Below are positions 61,707-64,000 of a stretch of DNA of 64,000 nucleotides, in pieces. The translations under genes and the position numbers were made by a program. The first letter of the stretch is position 1, and each line of letters begins with the position of its first letter. This DNA is from an uncultured Rhodospirillaceae bacterium. GTDB lineage: Bacteria; Pseudomonadota; Alphaproteobacteria; UBA9219. The DNA lies in NCBI GenBank assembly GCA_964390005.1, contig CAYMGM010000003.1, forward strand, positions 81,758 through 145,757, written 5' to 3'. The notes beneath the pieces are model-generated. The model did no database searches and was not told the DNA's origin. It saw nothing but the letters and a program-made list of their open reading frames with translations.

Positions 61707-63095
61707 ATGGGGCGCCCGGAAAAAGATAAAGCCTTTGAAGCGGATAAGATGAAAAACAGGGAACTGATTTATCAAAGCGCCTGTATGCAGGCTTGTGCTG
61801 AAGATGCCAAATTAATGGCGGCGACGGCGCTCAATATTTTACTGATCGGCGAAACAGGGGTCGGCAAAGAGCTTTTTGCGCGTCTGATCCATGACAACAG
61901 TCCACGCAAAAATGGGCCCTTTATTGCCGTTTGCGCGTCGTCTTTAGTTCAAAGCCTTGCGGCTTCTGAATTGTTCGGCCATGAAAAAGGAGCTTTTACC
62001 GGCGCTCTTCGGCAGCACAAAGGCCTTTTTGAAAGGGCAGAAGGCGGGACGCTGTTTATTGATGAAATCCCTGAAACGGGGCTTGAGATTCAAGCGATGC
62101 TTTTGCGCGTTTTGGCCGAATTGGAAGTTCAGCGCGTCGGTGGCAAAGAGCCTAAAATGGTGGATGTGCGTATTGTCTCGGCGACAAACCGGCCCATTGC
62201 CGAGGCCATTGAACAAGGCAAGCTTCGGCAAGATTTGTATTACAGGCTTCAAGGCGCGGAAATCGAGATCCCACCACTTCGGGAGCGCGATGGCGATATT
62301 CCTCTTTTGGTCGCTCATTATTTGGCCGAGATCTGGCCGGAAGAAAGTTGGCCGTCGGCTGAGCTGCCCGTGACGGATGAAGCCATGGCGGCTTTGGAAG
62401 CCTATCCGTGGCCCGGCAATATACGCGAATTGCAAAATATGGTGATGGCTGGCGCGGCGCGTGCCAAGCCTTTTGGGAAGCCGTTGTCTTTGGCGCATTT
62501 ACCCGCCAAAATCGTTATGCCGGTGGCGGGCGATGATCTGACTTTTTGCCCTTCTTCCGCGCGTCGGGCGCGTCCTCGCATGCTGGCGCGTCCGGTCTCG
62601 CAGCGGGGCCGTTTTTTGTCGGGCAAAGCGCTTAAATGGGGCCAGTCCGCTTTGCCGTCGGATCGCGCGCTGGGGTCAGAGGCGCCGTTTGACAATGACC
62701 AAATCAAAATAAATCGCCTTATCGATGATCTTGAAAAGGCTTTACGTGCGCAAAAGCCAACCACGGCCTTTCTGCGTCAGACGATGAATAATATTTTGGC
62801 CACCTTCTTTTTAAAAGACCGTTCGCGGCAACAAGTGGCCAATGAGATTGTTACGACCATTAAAGAAATGCATGTCGCGTGTGTGAAGGCTCCAAGCGCG
62901 GATAGCGTACGTGTAGCCTTTTCATCGACGAAAAGACTTAACGGAAAGCTTTTTTCGTATCTGGCCTTCCACCTGAAGCACTGCCAAGGGGCTCCGCCTG
63001 AGAGGTTGCAGCAATTTAGCCGCGTTTGGGGCCTTTACCAGACGCTTCATGGGCGCTTTCTGGGGCAAAACAAGGCGGCTGGCCCTGCACCTTAA
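61707..63095 (+). CDS. Sigma-54-dependent AAA+ activator core without a recognisable receiver or Fis-type HTH
   Basis: GETGVGKE (Walker A), GAFTGA intact, GTLFIDEI (Walker B), VSATNR and WPGNIRELQN. Only about 25-45 aa precede the AAA+ core. The C-terminal roughly 190 aa are unassigned. Start uncertain (61671 TTG, 61707 or 61749). Confidence 0.8.
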   Translation: MGRPEKDKAFEADKMKNRELIYQSACMQACAEDAKLMAATALNILLIGETGVGKELFARLIHDNSPRKNGPFIAVCASSLVQSLAASELFGHEKGAFTGALRQHKGLFERAEGGTLFIDEIPETGLEIQAMLLRVLAELEVQRVGGKEPKMVDVRIVSATNRPIAEAIEQGKLRQDLYYRLQGAEIEIPPLRERDGDIPLLVAHYLAEIWPEESWPSAELPVTDEAMAALEAYPWPGNIRELQNMVMAGAARAKPFGKPLSLAHLPAKIVMPVAGDDLTFCPSSARRARPRMLARPVSQRGRFLSGKALKWGQSALPSDRALGSEAPFDNDQIKINRLIDDLEKALRAQKPTTAFLRQTMNNILATFFLKDRSRQQVANEIVTTIKEMHVACVKAPSADSVRVAFSSTKRLNGKLFSYLAFHLKHCQGAPPERLQQFSRVWGLYQTLHGRFLGQNKAAGPAP

Positions 63096-63147
63096 AATTG
63101 GCCTTGGGGGCGCTTGCCAGCTCTTTGCAGCGCCCTTTTTGTCTGCT

Positions 63148-64000
63148 ATGCCTTTACCCATGCGTTTGTTTACCCTTCTTATGCTGGGATCCGTTCTTGC
63201 GATGCCGATGGCCGCGAACGCTCAGCGCCTTAGCGCGGATTCCGCGCCGTCGTCTTTCCTTGGCGAAAGCGCCCCGGCGCCGATGGCCGCGCCGCGCACC
63301 TCTGTTGCGACTGGCGTCTCCGAAGGCATTGTCGCTGTCGTCAACGACAGCGTGATCACAACCGCTGACTTGCGTGGGCGTATGGCGCTGGCGCTTCTCA
63401 GCGCTGGCATGCCCGATAGTGCCGAAATTCGGCAGCGTCTTTTCCCGCAAGTTTTGCGCACTTTGATTGACGAGCAACTGCAGCAGCAAGAAGGTAAAAA
63501 GTTGGATGTGTCGGTCTCGGATGCTGAAATCAACGATGCGCTGAAACGTATTGCCGACGACAATCACATTCCGGGCGGGGATATGGTCGCTTTTGTGACG
63601 GCTCATGGCGTCTCGGCCACGGCTTTGAAGGCGCAGGTTCGCGCCGGTCTGACGTGGGCCAAGGTGGTTCAACGCGAGCTTCGCCCCAAAATTGATATTG
63701 GCGACGATGAAGTTGACGCCATTCTGCAACGTCAGCAGGCCAATGCAGGCAAAGACGAATATCTGCTCAACGAAATCTTTTTGCCGGTCGAAAATGCGCG
63801 CGATGAAGAGCAAGTCAAAACCTTTGCCGACAATTTGGTCAAGCAGATCAAAGAAGGCGCTGTTTTTGCCGCCGTCGCGCGTCAGTTTTCTCAAGGGGCC
63901 AGCGCGGCCTCGGGCGGCGATATGGGCTGGATCCAAGAAGGCCAGTTGGGACCGGAAATCGATCAGGCTTTGCACAATATGCAGCCAAATGAAGTTAAAG
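63148..64000 (+). CDS. surA: SurA-like periplasmic chaperone / peptidyl-prolyl isomerase, N-terminal part (runs off the right edge)
   Basis: Absent from the track because it has no stop in the window. My translation from ATG 63148 gives MPLPMRLFTLLMLGSVLAMPMAANA (signal peptide) ...IVAVVNDSVITTADL...IDEQLQQQEGKKL...GGDMGWIQEGQLGPEIDQAL, matching the SurA N-domain and the start of a parvulin domain. The minus ORF 63154..63975 is its shadow. Confidence 0.8.
   Translation, partial: MPLPMRLFTLLMLGSVLAMPMAANAQRLSADSAPSSFLGESAPAPMAAPRTSVATGVSEGIVAVVNDSVITTADLRGRMALALLSAGMPDSAEIRQRLFPQVLRTLIDEQLQQQEGKKLDVSVSDAEINDALKRIADDNHIPGGDMVAFVTAHGVSATALKAQVRAGLTWAKVVQRELRPKIDIGDDEVDAILQRQQANAGKDEYLLNEIFLPVENARDEEQVKTFADNLVKQIKEGAVFAAVARQFSQGASAASGGDMGWIQEGQLGPEIDQALHNMQPNEVK

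Noticed and set aside
63154-63975. 273-aa minus-strand ORF at the right edge
   Set aside because: Antisense to a plus-strand frame (from ATG 63148) with a signal peptide and SurA-like motifs. That frame is missing from the track only because it has no stop in the window.
1-64000. CRISPR arrays, rRNA genes, IS elements or transposases
   Set aside because: I found no regularly spaced direct repeats, no rRNA-like sequence, and no ORF with transposase or integrase motifs (DDE, tyrosine recombinase R..H..R..Y) on either strand.

Overview
The window looks like a chromosomal segment of an alphaproteobacterium. GC appears mid-50s by eye, and the rpmF-plsX-fabH cluster, a DUF2336-like protein and alphaproteobacterial-style RecO, PhaC and SurA fit this. 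I support about 50 protein genes, one tRNA-Glu(UUC), several intrinsic terminators and no rRNA, CRISPR array, transposase or integrase. Most genes are housekeeping: trmJ-like (partial), cysS, gltX, uvrB, rpmF, plsX, fabH, recO, phaC, hom, glpX, recJ, tpx, purN, apt, cobB, rapZ, ribF and surA (partial). Many long ORFs in the track are antisense shadow ORFs of these genes, and several track ORFs are over-extended at the 5' end; I re-picked starts where an RBS or signal peptide supports it. The unusual content is a concentration of surface and adhesion genes. (1) A roughly 2,490-aa ORF (51147..58607) joins a prepilin/pseudopilin-like N-terminus to phage tail-fibre-style repeats, a C-terminal S74-type self-cleaving chaperone domain and a terminal membrane anchor, with no phage or pilus genes beside it. 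(2) An autotransporter beside tRNA-Glu is bracketed by a 13-nt copy of the tRNA 3' end, followed by an AT-rich orphan stretch. (3) A second autotransporter carries a CX5R tyrosine-phosphatase-like passenger. (4) A secreted protein has a SUEL-type lectin-like Cys pattern. (5) A 330-350-nt intergenic region is highly structured and may be an ncRNA of unresolved identity. (6) A translationally coupled operon encodes a membrane-anchored pseudokinase, a 4-TM protein and a nucleoside hydrolase. All product calls rest on motif recognition by eye and need HMM or structure searches to confirm.
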